From contig NC_058368.1 of the NCBI RefSeq assembly GCF_018350175.1, forward strand, positions 225,062,001 to 225,126,000: a DNA stretch of 64,000 nucleotides, read 5' to 3'. The DNA comes from Felis catus. Its lineage: Eukaryota. Shown here piece after piece: positions 38,494 to 51,648 of this stretch. Position 1 is the first letter of the stretch, and each line of letters begins with the position of its first letter. Made by a program: the position numbers and the translations under genes. Below the pieces are notes generated by a model. It did not search any database and was not told the origin of the DNA. It saw only the letters and a program-made list of their open reading frames with translations.

Positions 38494-39469
38494 TCTCTGG
38501 TGTTAATGCTGCACCATCAACTATATCCTTTAGAAAATGGAAGCAAAGCAAAACCCTTTCAAACAAAAACCGAGAGAATTTATTGCAAGCAAAACCTCAC
38601 GACAAGAAAGGCTAAAGGGAGTTCTTGACTCTGAGAGTTCCATTCTCAAGTGGAAACACAGATCTACAGGAAGGAATCAAGAGCACAAGAAATGGGAAGT
38701 ATGCAGGTAAATAGACAGAACTCCTTTTCCTAAAATAACTACTTTTCGAATTGACCATTTGAAATGAAAAAAAAAAAATTACACAGATTTTGAGCTTTAA
38801 AATATAGAGAGAAGTAAGGTATATGGCACTGTGAAAATATCTGGAAAGAGCGGTAAATGGAATTCTACAACTCTAATATTCTTACCTTATATAGATGGCA
38901 GTAAATATTCATTTAAGTTAGCATCTGATAAGTTAAAGACTTATCTCTCAGTGCCTGTAGCAAGCAATGGAAAAAATAAAACATGTCAGTAGCTACTACT
39001 GTAAATGGAAGCAAAGGAGTAGATGGAGCCCTCCCCATTTCACCACCCACCCTTCACTTCAAGACTCCCCCAAATGGACTGACACCTGCAGGTGGGAAGG
39101 TGGCGATAACGAATTCCCTGGGGAAATCTGGGACTGGCTGGAACTGTTCTGCGTTCTGAGATTTCACTTCTTGCAATCCCAGAACGGAGGTTTAAAAGAG
39201 AAATGACATTTAATGGAAATATTCTGTTACATTTCTTATACCGTTGAGCGTATAGACTGATATTTAACACTTGCTTGTATGTGTCTGCGTTTGTACGGGA
39301 CAGAAAATTGCCTGGAAAGATGTGTACAAAACTAGTCAACAACATATCCGAGAAACTGGGTTGCAGAAGCAGGGGGTAAAGGACCTAGACTCTATACTTC
39401 ATACACTCCTGGGGCTTTGCCCATGTTTGTTTTGACGCAAAAGATGGAAAACAGATGGAAAACAGTGTT

Positions 39470-39610
39470 CAAGAATTCAACAAGCCAGCTTCTCGACTCA
39501 CTAGCTCTCTGACCTTGAGTAGGCTAGTTGACCTCTGTGGGTTTCCCCAGCCGTATACATAATGGAGATAACCAGTGTACCTAATTTAAGAGCTCATGAT
39601 GAGGATTAAA
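39470..39610 (+). mobile_element. MIR
   Basis: ctcactagctctctgaccttgag...aatggagataa...tgaggattaaa. Confidence 0.65.
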
Positions 39611-39729
39611 AAAGTGTAATTCTCTTCTGCTTAACGTGGCCCTAAAGACCTAATTCATTAGGATGTGAAAAAGCCAACCTGAGCGTGTGCAATATTTTAT
39701 GAACCATCTCAGGCATTCTGTATCCCAAC

Positions 39730-39900
39730 ACATTATTTTTGAGGTAACTGTATGAAAATTAAGACCATGTGAGGTAACACCTATTTTAAAAATGTCCACA
39801 TCAGTTCAGGTTAAGTCTTGCCACCAAATTAATTAGAAAAAGATAACCGTTAGTTTCCAACAGTTTTTATGTTTCAGAATTTCAGATGGAGGACTGACAC
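39730..39900. mobile_element. Tigger/MER46-like TcMar relic
   Basis: acatcagttcaggttaagtcttgccaccaaat...tttcagaatttcagat. Confidence 0.5.
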
Positions 39901-42900
39901 AAGAGGGGGCAAATAAGGGTCAAATGGTTGGTTGGTCCATTGGTTGGTTGTTGCTCTTGGCGTAGCTAACAGCCGGAAACAGGCTGAGCCATCACATCTC
40001 ACGGCAGGGCACGCGCACGTTGCGTGAAATGAAGGGCATAGTCATTCCCTGTCTGTAAATTTGTATTCTTTTTCCCTTAGTCAAGCTGTAGTTAAGTTTT
40101 CGTATATTCGATGTTCAAAGAACATGAATCCATTGTGTTGGCACAGAGTTAATTCTTGGCCTAACTTCCGCAACCACCGGGTCCTAGAAATCAGGAAAGC
40201 GTTCACGTATTGAGGAAAGATTGAGAACACTAATCATGTAAGTTTCTGTTATTTTATTTTTAATTTGTTTCCTTGTCTCCTTTTCTCTTTCCCACCCCCA
40301 GAAAGGAGAGCATTTCCATGGACTGTGCTGAACTGACCCGGTTCAGGTAAACAGGATCAAACGGAAGGATGCTCAAACCTCTAACGCGAACGGTTCTCAT
40401 GATTTAACTTACAAAGAAGAACAATGCTGGTAGCAGTTGGGTTCCAAGGCAAACGCAGCCATCCTCCCCTGGCTTCCCTCTCCGAAACCTTCTTCTTGCC
40501 ACGCCTCTTATCTACGGTTGCCAACACCATCATTGCCAACATCTGTTGCCAACACCATCATCTTGCCCACCAGCTGCCCAGAGTCCTCTGTGTTCACATT
40601 AAAAAAAAAAAAAATCTCTTTCTAATTCTTACCTTGACTCCTTTTAAGAGCTTTTATCTGGTTCAAGTGATTCATATCTAGCCTGATCAGAGAAGACACT
40701 CACAAAACTTCCTGGAAATAATCAGCGAATTTAAAATAATTCTGCACTCAAAATAATCTTTGCAACTCATAGAGGAGTATTCCCGAATTATTTGCTTATT
40801 CCCTGCCACCCCAATATAGCCCATGCTGTTCCATACATATACTCACATTGTGCCTATAAAACAGAACTAAATAAGCATAGTCATTCTTTCAGGAGATTAC
40901 AATGGCTGGCTCAACAAACCACAAGTCACAAATAGGAGGTAAAGAGAGCCTTTCAGACTGTATTTCTGGCAAACAACTTGAGCCAGTATCCAAAAAAGTA
41001 CCACTAGTCTGGTATTCCCTGCTAAAATTATCTCAAATAATAAATGTAGAGGAAGCTACCAAATCGATTTCTTTTCACCCAATGTAGGGGTTTGGACCAA
41101 TTTCTTCATCACTCTACAATCAATCACAGCCTCCATGCAGATGTCCAACTTTGCCATTATCCTAGCTAAGTGGTTCAGTTAATACATTCTCGAATCAATA
41201 TTTTAGTCACAAACCACCACCTCAGGCTTTTATGACCTTATTTTATTTCCCTCCGTTGTTATCAATGTTTCCTGGTAAGTTTCACAATTCCCCAGAGTTT
41301 GAACTTGCCTAAACAGTTATTCCATTATTAATTGCTCACATGAGTAGAGAGACTCACTCTCCACTAAAAAATCTAAACGGACAAATAATGAAAGTTAGGA
41401 ACTAAAGTTGATTTTATAAGGTATTAAACACGTTGCCATGTAGTAGACATTTAGTAAATATTTGATGAATGAATGAATGAATGAATGAACTAATGAGCAA
41501 ATTAACTGGCAACTATTTCTAAGCTGCAACGTGAAGGATTGATGTTTTAGAGAGATTACACCTTTTTCATACCTGAGCATTATCATCTACTTCAAAAATA
41601 TCCCTCTGGTTTTTCTTTATACTTATGGATATGTTGCAGTTTTAAATTAGGCAGCAGGAAACGACTTCTCCATTTGTTCAAAAACCCTGGTCAGACAGAA
41701 CTTACATTCTACAAACTGCATGGTCAGGCTTTCTCAGAATCACACATCCGTTCTGGGCACCCAGATGCCAAGGCAGTTAGCTTAACCCTCGAAATCAAGC
41801 TTTATTCTTGTACCTGGTCCCACACAGCTCAGACCTTGGGCTGAGAGCCTGCTCCTTTCCTAATTTTTGGCCAAGATTATTGATCTTTTCTTCATAGGCT
41901 CTGAGCTCTTGGTTCTCCAGGCTTCTCCTCTAGGTTTCAGACCCCTACTCCCTGACTTCCGTATTTTTAACCTGCCTAGATGCATCCACCAACTCCTCTG
42001 GACCAGAAATCTTGACCTCGTCTGAATTCCAAAACCAACATGTCCATCCTACTCTGTCCTATTGCCGTTCCCGCTTAGTATTCTAGAAGGAGAACCAGAG
42101 AAAATGCATTCCTAGTATAAAGGGAGTTCCTAAAACAGCCTTTATCTTACGTACAGCCCAGTTTCAACCCTCACCACAATCTCTCGGTCTTCCCCGAGCT
42201 TTGCTTTCTTAGCTTAGTGAGCCACTCATTTGGTTTCATCTGGCCCCCACCAGCCTGCTTTATTTCCCTACAACAACTTTGTCCTCCTCGAACTGGTATA
42301 TCCGTGAAAAAATGATGGTAATGATGATGGCGATGACAAAACAAACGAACAAAACCAAAAGAAACCAGAACTTATTTTTTCCTTGGATCAAAACACCCCC
42401 TACCTATGAACTCCATGGGAGAACTCCATGGGAAACACAGATCGGGTACCATTCAGAAGGGATCTCAGGTGTGAAAAATGGTAACAATGCCTCTGTTGAC
42501 AAAGAGGAGAGATGAGACAGGGTTAAATCTCAGTCTCCGAGTCTCCTACTCACCTAATCTTACGTATATGCTGCACCTCAGGGCAAATGAAAACATTTCG
42601 CAGTCCAGGTGCATGATTCACAAAAAGATACCCAGGCTGGGTGTTTGATGCCCCACAAATCCATCCAATCCTAGCAAACGGAGTCCCGGCTACCCTGCTG
42701 TGCACCAAGCAAAGTGCTTCCTAATTATAGTTTAACTGTGTTACGGTATTCGGAAATCCAGACTCCAATAAGATAATGTTGTTCTTAAGGAAAACGAAGG
42801 TTCTAGAACATGTTTGTGCATGGAACAGACCTCCTGAGCCCTTCGGCTCCTTTATCTCTGATTACTAATGGCTCCTCGTGGTAGACTATTTTTGGAAAAG

Positions 42901-43366
42901 GCACAACAATTGTTCCATACGTAATGCAGAAAAAATGGTGAGTTGTTGGTTTAAAATTTTCATTGTTCCTGTCTTGTTCATCCCATTGCTAACAAAAAAC
43001 AGCCACGGCTGCAAAACAGCCTGGAAGATGCAGACAGACACACAGGGATAAAACGTGCATGTTGTGGGTTTTGACCTGTGTCTAACTGAGCATTTCCAGA
43101 TGTGAAAGGGAGTAGATAGACTGCAGACAAATCCCAGAGACCTGCTTGATTTTACATGCTTACAGTTGCTGTGGATTTTTCCCCTTGAACTAGAAAAAAC
43201 CTTCATCAGTGAGAAGTAGGTTGAAGGAAGAGTGTCATAAAAATCCTAGATAAGTGACTTCAAGTTTTTTTAATTTTATAGTTTTCCAAACTGCTTGGAG
43301 CATCCCTCCTTTTCACATAAGGCAGACAGAAGTCTTTTCCATCCACATCTTTAAAAATAAAGTTTA

Positions 43367-43592
43367 GGGGTGCCCGGGCGGCTCAGTCAGATAAGCGTCT
43401 GACTCTTGATTTCAGCTCAGGTCATGATCTCACTGTTTGGGGATTGAACCCTGCGTCTGCACTGAGCGCACAGAGCCTGCTGGGATTCTCTCTCTCCCTC
43501 CTCTCTCTTAGCTTCCCCCGCTCGCATGTGTATACTCGCTCGCTCTCAAAATAAGTAAATAAAATTTTTAAAAAATTATTAACAATTTAAAA
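43367..43592 (+). mobile_element. CAN-SINE
   Basis: TSD aaaaataaagttta. Confidence 0.94.
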
Positions 43593-44449
43593 AAAAATAA
43601 AGTTTACAAACTGATGAGAGAAGAGATAAAACACTTATTTGATAAATCAGAAATCCTATGACAAGTGGAACCACTCTAACGGAAGGTATTATTTAGCTCT
43701 ATTTCATATGCCAAATTAGAACATGTAAATGTCTTGTCCTCCGCATACAACCATGGCTGGGAGGAAGTTGCTTTCAGAATTCGGCTCCCATTCCATTACT
43801 TTGAAGGGTCTCAAGACAAATTGGCCCACGTGACCCATTGTAAACTGCCGAGGGAAATACAGGAGTCAAAATTCACCCTTGGATTTTGAGAGCCATGATT
43901 ATCACGGGCTGAGAAAGTCTTCCCTAGAAAATGGGTCAGTGATTGAGAGAAGGAAAGACTCTCAAATCACACATCATGATTAATGTTGAACCATATGTTT
44001 TATATATAAGTTATCACTTAATTATATAAACAATTACCATTTTTACTGCTTCCATGATCAGTCTCCACATCCTCATACACTAACACCCACACTCTGTTTC
44101 CTGACGATGATAGGTTTTTCTTTTTTTCCGCAAGGCAACTTAATCTTTACATGTTTCAAATTCACACTGTTTATCCCACTTCTATGAGCTCATGAGAATA
44201 TTATTCAGTCTTTCTGCTCCAAATGATACGAGAGAGAGGAAAAGACTAGACGGAGAAACCATTAAAAGGAAAATACAAGCCAGAGCAAATACCCAAGGGA
44301 AAAAAAAAATCAAATATTCATGCTTGATATGATTGAAAACGGAAACGAAATTGGACACTGGCAAAAATTCCCCAGTAAAAATTATTCCTGAAGTGTCCCA
44401 ACGTAAAAGGCTTTCACTTGTAGTCAAAATTCATTTAGGTTCAAAAGAG

Positions 44450-44605
44450 TACAGGAATCTTTTGGGGGGTGATGACAATGTTTTATAAATTGGTTGTGAT
44501 GGTGTTCTTACAGGCGTATTCAGCTGTCAATATTCATCAAATTGTACACTTTAAAGGGATGTAGTTTATTGCACATAAAGTACACCTCAATAAAGCTGAC
44601 TACAA
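44450..44605 (+). mobile_element. L1M 3' terminus
   Basis: tttggggggtgatgacaatgtttta...attgtacactttaaa...acacctcaataaagctg. Confidence 0.8.
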
Positions 44606-44959
44606 AACAGAAAGCAAAACATTTATTTATGGTGCTTGTATGGAGTTAAATGTACTGCAAATAAATGATCTATGAACAATGATAAGCTTTCACATTTCCA
44701 AAAAAGCTATTGCTTTGAATGTACTCTTATACTACAGTTTGTCTCCATAAGAGGTTTTCAACATTATGATTTACAATAAATATGAAGGTTCACAAACATA
44801 AGACAAAGTGGACATTCTAATTTTTTTTTTTATTTTTTTAACTTGCCCCACAGCTTGGAGCTCTGCCCTGTTAATGATGAAAAAGTTGAGATGTTTCCGA
44901 TTTTACGGTAGAATATAGAGTCTGTGGATTGGTAGATAGGAATCTGAGATACGGTTATC

Positions 44960-45396
44960 TGTCAAGAACTATGAAAGACCTGAGAATTCACCCTAGTTGC
45001 AAGCTAACAAGTTAGCCCATTTCATGGATTCTAGTGGAAGACACGAGTCTCCTGAGTCAGACAAAAGGACAGTTTATTACTCACAGCAGTAGCAGTAGTC
45101 AGAGTATCAGTATTTTCGTGCCAGCTCCCAGACCCCTAATGCAAATGGGCAGGATGACATCTGCACACACAGTGGGTTGTGTTATAGCAGAGGGATCCTG
45201 AATCTGAGGACCCTGAATCTTTTGTAACAGGCAGTAAACATTCCCGACTTTTCCTCCAGAGACAATACCTAGCTCTTGCAAAGCTGTTCACAACACACGT
45301 ACCCATGCAAAGATAGTCCAGACCACAGGGCAGTCGGGTGTTCACTCACAAGGTGTGCAGAAATACTAAACGTCCGTGGAGAATTGACTCTCAATA
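44960..45396 (-). mobile_element. ERVL-class solo LTR (MER54/MER74-like)
   Basis: TG...CA-type ends: tgtcaagaactatgaaagacctgaga...gcaagctaacaagttagcc and gtggagaattgactctcaata. Confidence 0.7.
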
Positions 45397-47184
45397 ATAA
45401 CAGTTCTAGTGTTAGAGGAAATACTTCAAGGGACCTTCCATTCTTTAAGTAAAATTACAACTCATTTTTTAAAAACCTCTAGCTCTCGAGATCCATTTTT
45501 TATATTAATAGGCTTATTAAAATTGTGTACCCATGTACTCAGTTGGAGTCAGGATACCAAAAACAGCACAACAATACGTGTATTAACAAATAATCTGAAA
45601 ACAGACAGAGCAAGGATCAGCCCGTGTGAGACACACACTGAACTTCCTTGTTAGCCACCTGTACCATCAATGACAAACCCAACTGTTAACACTTCCTTCA
45701 GATGATAAGTGGCTGGTCCATGAAATTCATTTCTTATTCACCAAGGTAAGAGAGGTAGAAATTAATCAGGTCTTCAAAATGGCTGCTCATAATCATAAAA
45801 TCTGTTTCATTACTATGTTAAAGGAGCCAAAATTGAGGAGCTCTCTTTGGCATCCATCCTGCCACTATTTATAAATGAGAGGCCGCTATATTCCGTTTGA
45901 AAATAATTATGCCTCCCATCAGATCAACAACTGAACCCGGAAATCTGTACATCATCCTAGATTCCAATTTCTCTTATGTAAGCACCTGCCCACCTTTATT
46001 TAATAAATAGTTACTCTATCGGCTTGGGGGCAGAGACCGTGCCTTTTATTTGAGCATCCCTCCACTTTCCACTAGACCAGACACATGGTAGGTACGCAAT
46101 AAAAGTTTGGGGAATGAATAGATCTGCTTCTTTATCAATAGCAAAAAAAAAAATGCACAGAGATAGAAAAAAGAAATTTTCTTAACAAATGTGTTCTTCC
46201 TACTAAATAACTATAGACATTTTCACATCACTGACGACACAAGTATATATTGTCTTTAATGGTAACCTCAAAACCCATTTTAAAATGGCAAAATTTCTTC
46301 TCTGGCCCTTGGGTAGACCATCTGACTGCACTTCCCTGTTTAGGCCTTAGTGTTTCAGAAAAGAAAGCACTCTCATTTCAATGCACAGCAAATGAAACGA
46401 TCCACAGGACGGACGGAGCTATGGAGGAACCCTGAGACCTGAGCTGTGGGACTCTGGCGGTAGTCTTGGCCCAGCCAATTTGACACTGTAAAGTCGAAGC
46501 TCAAATTGGAAAGGCACATTCAGTGGAACGTATTTGTGCCTCTTTAGGGTTATTTTGCTCGTAACCAGGCGGTTGTCCTCAAAACACGCGGCCTCTGTTG
46601 GGCGGGATACAAGGAGAAAAATCGAACAGAGTCATCTCTAGATCTCATGGAGAAAATTTGAAGAGCAAGTCCTCCCTGTTAAAAAGTGTATACGATGAAA
46701 ACATGTTTCCGTGAAAGGATGAGATCCAGGCATATTTCGACAGTTTAACCGTTTTAATATACTGTAACAGTTTTCTCAAACATAAATACTGCATTTGCTA
46801 CCCAATGGGACAGTGACTCGAGAGAGCGTTTGGTAACCTCTTTGTACCGAATTAACCTCAGGTACTACAGTGCCTGCTCAAGGAGTGTTTCTGCTTTCTC
46901 CTGACTACAAAGCTTACTCTAGAGCAAGAAACAATGTTTTCAGGATATGGGTAAGGCAAGACCCACCCAAAAAATAACTTAATAAATTTATATTTAAAAT
47001 TAACCTAAAACGCCTATACCTCATCGTACTCAATTCACTTCTTGAGTGATAACGTTCATCCTGTGAAGTGTAAATTGTAGAATGTTTACAGTTCCGATAA
47101 GGAAAAAAAAAATGAAATACAATTAGAAGTGGTAACTGCAGAAAACTTATGCAGAAAGCTAACTATACTCACGATTTGAATCCT

Positions 47185-47567
47185 ACTATCTTAGTCTGCT
47201 CAGCCTTCAGGACCAACCGCAAGCTGGAATGTAAACAACAAGGCATTTCGTTCTCACAGGTCTGAAGCCTGAAATGCAAGATCAGGGTCTCTGACTGATG
47301 TGGCTTCTGGTGAGAGCCTTTTTCTTGGCTTGCAGACTGTGCCTTCTTGCTGTGCATGCAGAACGTGGGGAGACAGGGAAAGAGAGATTGAGTAAACTCT
47401 CTAGTGTCTAATTTTATAAGGACACTAATACCCTAATACCTAATACCCACCCTAATACCTCATTTAACTTTAATTGCTTCCCAGAGTCCCTGTCTCCACA
47501 TACAGTCACATTGTAGGTCAGAGCTTCAACCTATCAATTTTAAGGGGACACATTTCAGTCCCCAGCA
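47185..47567 (-). mobile_element. MLT1A-like MaLR LTR
   Basis: tcttagtctgctcag...ttctcacagg...ttttataaggacactaat...ggggacacatttcagtcc. Confidence 0.8.
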
Positions 47568-47600
47568 CGTATCATGAAGTGTTTTTAAATTTATTTTTCA

Positions 47601-47831
47601 GGGCGCCTGGGTGGCGCAGTCGGTTAAGCGTCCGACTTCAGCCAGGTCACGATCTCGCGGTCCGGGAGTTCGAGCCCCGCGTCGGGCTCTGGGCTGATGG
47701 CTCAGAGCCTGGAGCCTGCTTCCGATTCTGTGTCTCCCTCTCTCTCTGACCCTCCCCCGTTCATGCTCTGTCTCTCTCTGTCCCAAAAATAAATAAACGT
47801 TGAAAAAAAACTTAAAAATAAATAAATAAAT
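47601..47831 (+). mobile_element. Young SINEC_Fc
   Basis: Perfect TSD aaatttatttttca. Confidence 0.97.
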
Positions 47832-48058
47832 AAATTTATTTTTCAAGTTTTGATGCATTTTTTAAAATATGAATGTGGTTCTTATATTTTTAAGTCATGC
47901 AAGTGTTACGTAAACAAATGCTCATTCTGAAAATTTTTGATGAAATAACTTTTCAGTCTATTCACCCTCGTTGCACATCCCTGAGCACTTTTTTTTACAC
48001 ATTTACTTAGAAAGTCCTAGAGTTATTAGAATGTCTGTCATATGCAGAATCACTTTTT

Positions 48059-48278
48059 CTTTTTTTAATTTTTTAATGTCTATTTATTTTTGAGAGAGAC
48101 AGAGACAGAGTGTGAGCAGGGAAGGGGCAGAAAGAGAGGGAGACACAGAATCCAAAGAAGGTTCCAGGCTCTGAGCTGTCAGCACACAGACGGTTGCGGG
48201 GCTTGAACTCACGGACTGCGAGATCGTGATCTGAGCTGAAGCTGGACACTTAACCAACTGACCCACCCAGGCACCCCC
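48059..48278 (-). mobile_element. SINEC_Fc
   Basis: TSD agaatcacttttt. Confidence 0.95.
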
Positions 48279-48501
48279 AGAATCACTTTTTCAATAGAGC
48301 CCCCCAAAGTGAAATGCCCTGTGTTAGAAGATAGTGACTCACCTGTCGCTGAAAGATTGTAAACAGGTACTTGACTGTGATTTGGGAGGAAGGTTACGAA
48401 AGAAATTCAAAGTTTGGAGGAATGGCTGAGAGTATGAGTTTTAAGGAGGTCTATTCTTGCTTTACTGTATGTGATTCTAACCCATAATTATCTCGAAGTT
48501 A

Positions 48502-48502
<1 letters not shown>

Positions 48503-48534
<32 letters not shown>
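48503..48534. repeat. (CA)n microsatellite
   Basis: Seen directly. Confidence 0.95.
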
Positions 48535-48535
<1 letters not shown>

Positions 48536-49580
48536 TTTGACTTCACTGAAACCCACTTTCACCTAAGGATTCTGCTTCTCTTAAGTGGGTATTGGAGCTG
48601 TGTTTTCTCTCAGACCTCAGGGTCACGAGTCCTGAAGGACATTGCAATGTCCTTCTGACTAACCAAAGCCAAGTTCAGACAAGTGGTTGCTCTCTCTTTT
48701 GTAAGCTTGACCCTTTGAGCAGCTGGTTATAACTCTCTCTTCTTTCTATGGCTGAGCAATAGCCATCTAGTACAGATTTAGTCTTCTTTTCATCTCAAGC
48801 CCACCATCATGCTAGGAAACTCCAATATTCCACGGATGCATCATCAACACCTTGGCCAACATTGATACCCAATGATCCTTTCCCTCACTCCACCTCAAGT
48901 GCCAATTTCCAAGTCATACCAAGAATTTGCTCATCATTAGAAACTGTACTCCAGTTAATTCCTCAATAACATACACACGCACGCACACACACACACACAC
49001 ACACACCACTTTAACCTCTTCTCTTGCCAACTGCCTTGTTGTAATACCTCTGCTTCTTCCTGCCTCAAGACCTACCATCCAATAACACCCGCACTTCATT
49101 TACACCCCCTTCCTCAATTGTCCACACTCTCCAACAGTATAGTCATTGCCACCTCCCTCCCTCATTTCTACCCCCAGCTCCTGACTCCACATTTCATCTA
49201 CTCTCTTTCTACTCATCCTTAAGGCTTCATCTGAAATGCTGCTTTCTTAGTAAGGGTTATCCTGACTCCTAGCTACATGAAGTCCCTCCTCCCACCCCGC
49301 ATTAAGCCATCTTATAAGTTCTGTTTACTTTCCTTCGCTTCCCTTCAAATACAATGATCGTCATATTGTAATTATGTCATTGTGGATTCAAAAATGGGAG
49401 GTCTGTTTTATCCAAATTGTAAATCGATTGAGGGCAGAAGCTATGGCTGTTATTCTCAACCATATGTCAACTAGCATTATTCCTGGCATGTAGAAAGTAT
49501 TCAAGAAATATGCCTAGAGTAACACAAATGCACAAATCTCTTCCAGTGGATCACTCACTGTATTAAACAAGCAATATTGA

Positions 49581-49810
49581 GGAGCGTCTGGGTGGCTCAG
49601 TCAGTTGAGCGACCGACTTCGGCCCAGGTCATGATCTCACGGTTCGTGAGTTCGAGCCCCGCGTCGGGCTCTGTGCTGACAGCTCGGAGCCCAGAGCCTG
49701 CTTCAGATTCGGGGTCTCCCTCTCTCTCTGCCCCTCCCCCACGCGTGCTCTGTCTGTCTCTGTCTCAGAACTACATAAACATTAAAAAAAAATAATGATA
49801 ATAAAAAGAA
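49581..49810 (+). mobile_element. SINEC_Fc
   Basis: 17-bp perfect TSD taaacaagcaatattga. Confidence 0.96.
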
Positions 49811-50037
49811 TAAACAAGCAATATTGAATCAAAAAGGTTTTTTGGGGTTTTCTTTGCAACCTGACAACGAAACTAACTGCAATCGCTTTTTGAAAAATAC
49901 ACTATCTTTACAGACAACCTCTTCCTGATTTGTAGAGTAGAAACGTCTCCATTCTTGGCTTTTCATTGGCTGAGTGAGGTGACCTGCTAAGAGGCTCACT
50001 GCTTCTGTAGCAGAAAATGTAAAAAGTGGCAGGGCCA

Positions 50038-50057
50038 AGAAGAAAGAAAGAAAGAAA

Positions 50058-50102
<45 letters not shown>

Positions 50103-50138
50103 AGGAAGGAAGGAAGGAAGGAGAAAGAAAGAAAGAAA
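50038..50138. repeat. (GAAA)n/(GGAA)n tract
   Basis: Seen directly. Confidence 0.95.
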
Positions 50139-50270
50139 ATGTGGAGGGGAAGGACAGTCAAAGGGCCCTTGCTACTCAAAGACGCCAAGAATAAATTTGC
50201 AATCAGAGGCTGTGTAACATAGGAGAGAGGGGAGAGGCTCTAGTTTTATTGTAAAGAGCAAAATTCTTTA

Positions 50271-50421
50271 TTTTTTTATTTTTCTTTAATATATGAAATT
50301 TATTGTCAAATTGGTTTCCGTACAACACCCAGTGCTCATCCCAAAAGACGCCCTCTTCAATACCCATCACCCACCCTGCCCTCCCGCCCACCCCCCATCG
50401 ACCCTCAGTTTGTTCTCAGTT
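50271..50421 (-). mobile_element. Heavily 5'-truncated feline L1 (3' terminal ~150 bp)
   Basis: L1_Fc-type tail (aaatttattgtcaaattggtttcc...caacacccagtgctcatccc); TSD aagagcaaaattcttta/aagagcgaaattcttta. Confidence 0.9.
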
Positions 50422-51424
50422 AAGAGCGAAATTCTTTAAAGATGGCTACACGAATAGTCAGTGCTCAAAGATGGTAGAAATGCCAACACTTGCTTCTCGT
50501 TCAGGCTACGTGCCTACAGAATCATTTCTCCAGGCGGGGAAGACAGAGGAATCTTATTTCTCTATCTTCCAGTGTATCTCTCACCCAATCCCTGATTCCT
50601 CAAAGGGGTCAACCCTGTACCCGACGACACACTACAAATCACTGTTCACAGCATTGTCAATAGATACCTCCATTTCATTCTTGGTGGTGGTCTGAAAAAA
50701 AAAAAAAGGAAGGAAGGAAAAAAGAAGAAGGGGGAAAAAAAGAAAAGCTCAAAGTATTAACAATTCATAAAAAAAAAAAAAACAATACCAATGTCCGTGG
50801 AAAAATAAATGACAGAAATCACCACAGCAACGCGTTTCTTCCTTATCCCTTCAACTGACGGGGGCCCAACCGAGATATGTGAACAACCTGGGCAGCCATA
50901 TACTTTGATACACCTTTGCTAGGTAAATATATCTTCAATATTTATTTAGAGAAGAGGCTGAGAATTGCACGGGGTGGGACCAGGGAACGCAGAAGGGGGC
51001 AGGAAACAAGCATGACTTCAAGGATGCTCAACAGCACGGCCATTGCCATGAGCATTTCAGCTCTGGCCCTGAAGTTGTGCGCCCTACACAGAAGCCCTGT
51101 GAGTCATAGGATCCCTCCTCGCTTCTCCCTGCGGATCAGCCTATTTCTATGGGATCTCGGCCCCACCCCCAAAGTGGTTTAAGGAATCCTTCACTTACAG
51201 ACAGTGCTCTCTTTGAAAGCAGCCATGATAATTTTTTATCCAATTTTACACACAGAGAAACTGGAGTTCACAGGCCCATATAATTTTCGGAAACAGCTGG
51301 GTCTACATCTTATCAAGGAATAGAGCAAAAAAAAAAAAAAAAAAAAAAAATCACAACATACAATCCTATGGAAGTATGGACTGGCACAGGCCAAAGAGCT
51401 GAATGATTTAAATGAGTTGTTGCT

Positions 51425-51648
51425 GGGGCGCCTGGGTGGCGCAGTCGGTTAAGCGTCCGACTTCAGCCAGGTCACGATCTCGCCGTCCGTGGGTTCGAGC
51501 CCCACGTCAGGCTCTGGGCTGATGGCTCAGAGCCTGGAGCCTGTTTCCCATTCTGTGTCTCCCTCTCTCTCTGCCCCTCCCCCGTTCATGCTCTGTCTCT
51601 CTCTGTCCCAAAAATAAATAAACATTGAAAAAAAATTAAAAAAAAAAT
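51425..51648 (+). mobile_element. Young SINEC_Fc
   Basis: TSD aaatgagttgttgct/aaatgagttgtcgct. Confidence 0.97.

Larger units (their letters stand above)
36500..38990 (+). mobile_element. Decayed L1M 5'UTR/ORF1 region, interrupted by two SINEs
   Basis: A-rich ORF1-like motifs (gaagtcccagaagga...gaaatacttgaagagaaaatagttaaaacatttccaaac; ttaaaagcaatcagagaaaaa). Confidence 0.7.
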
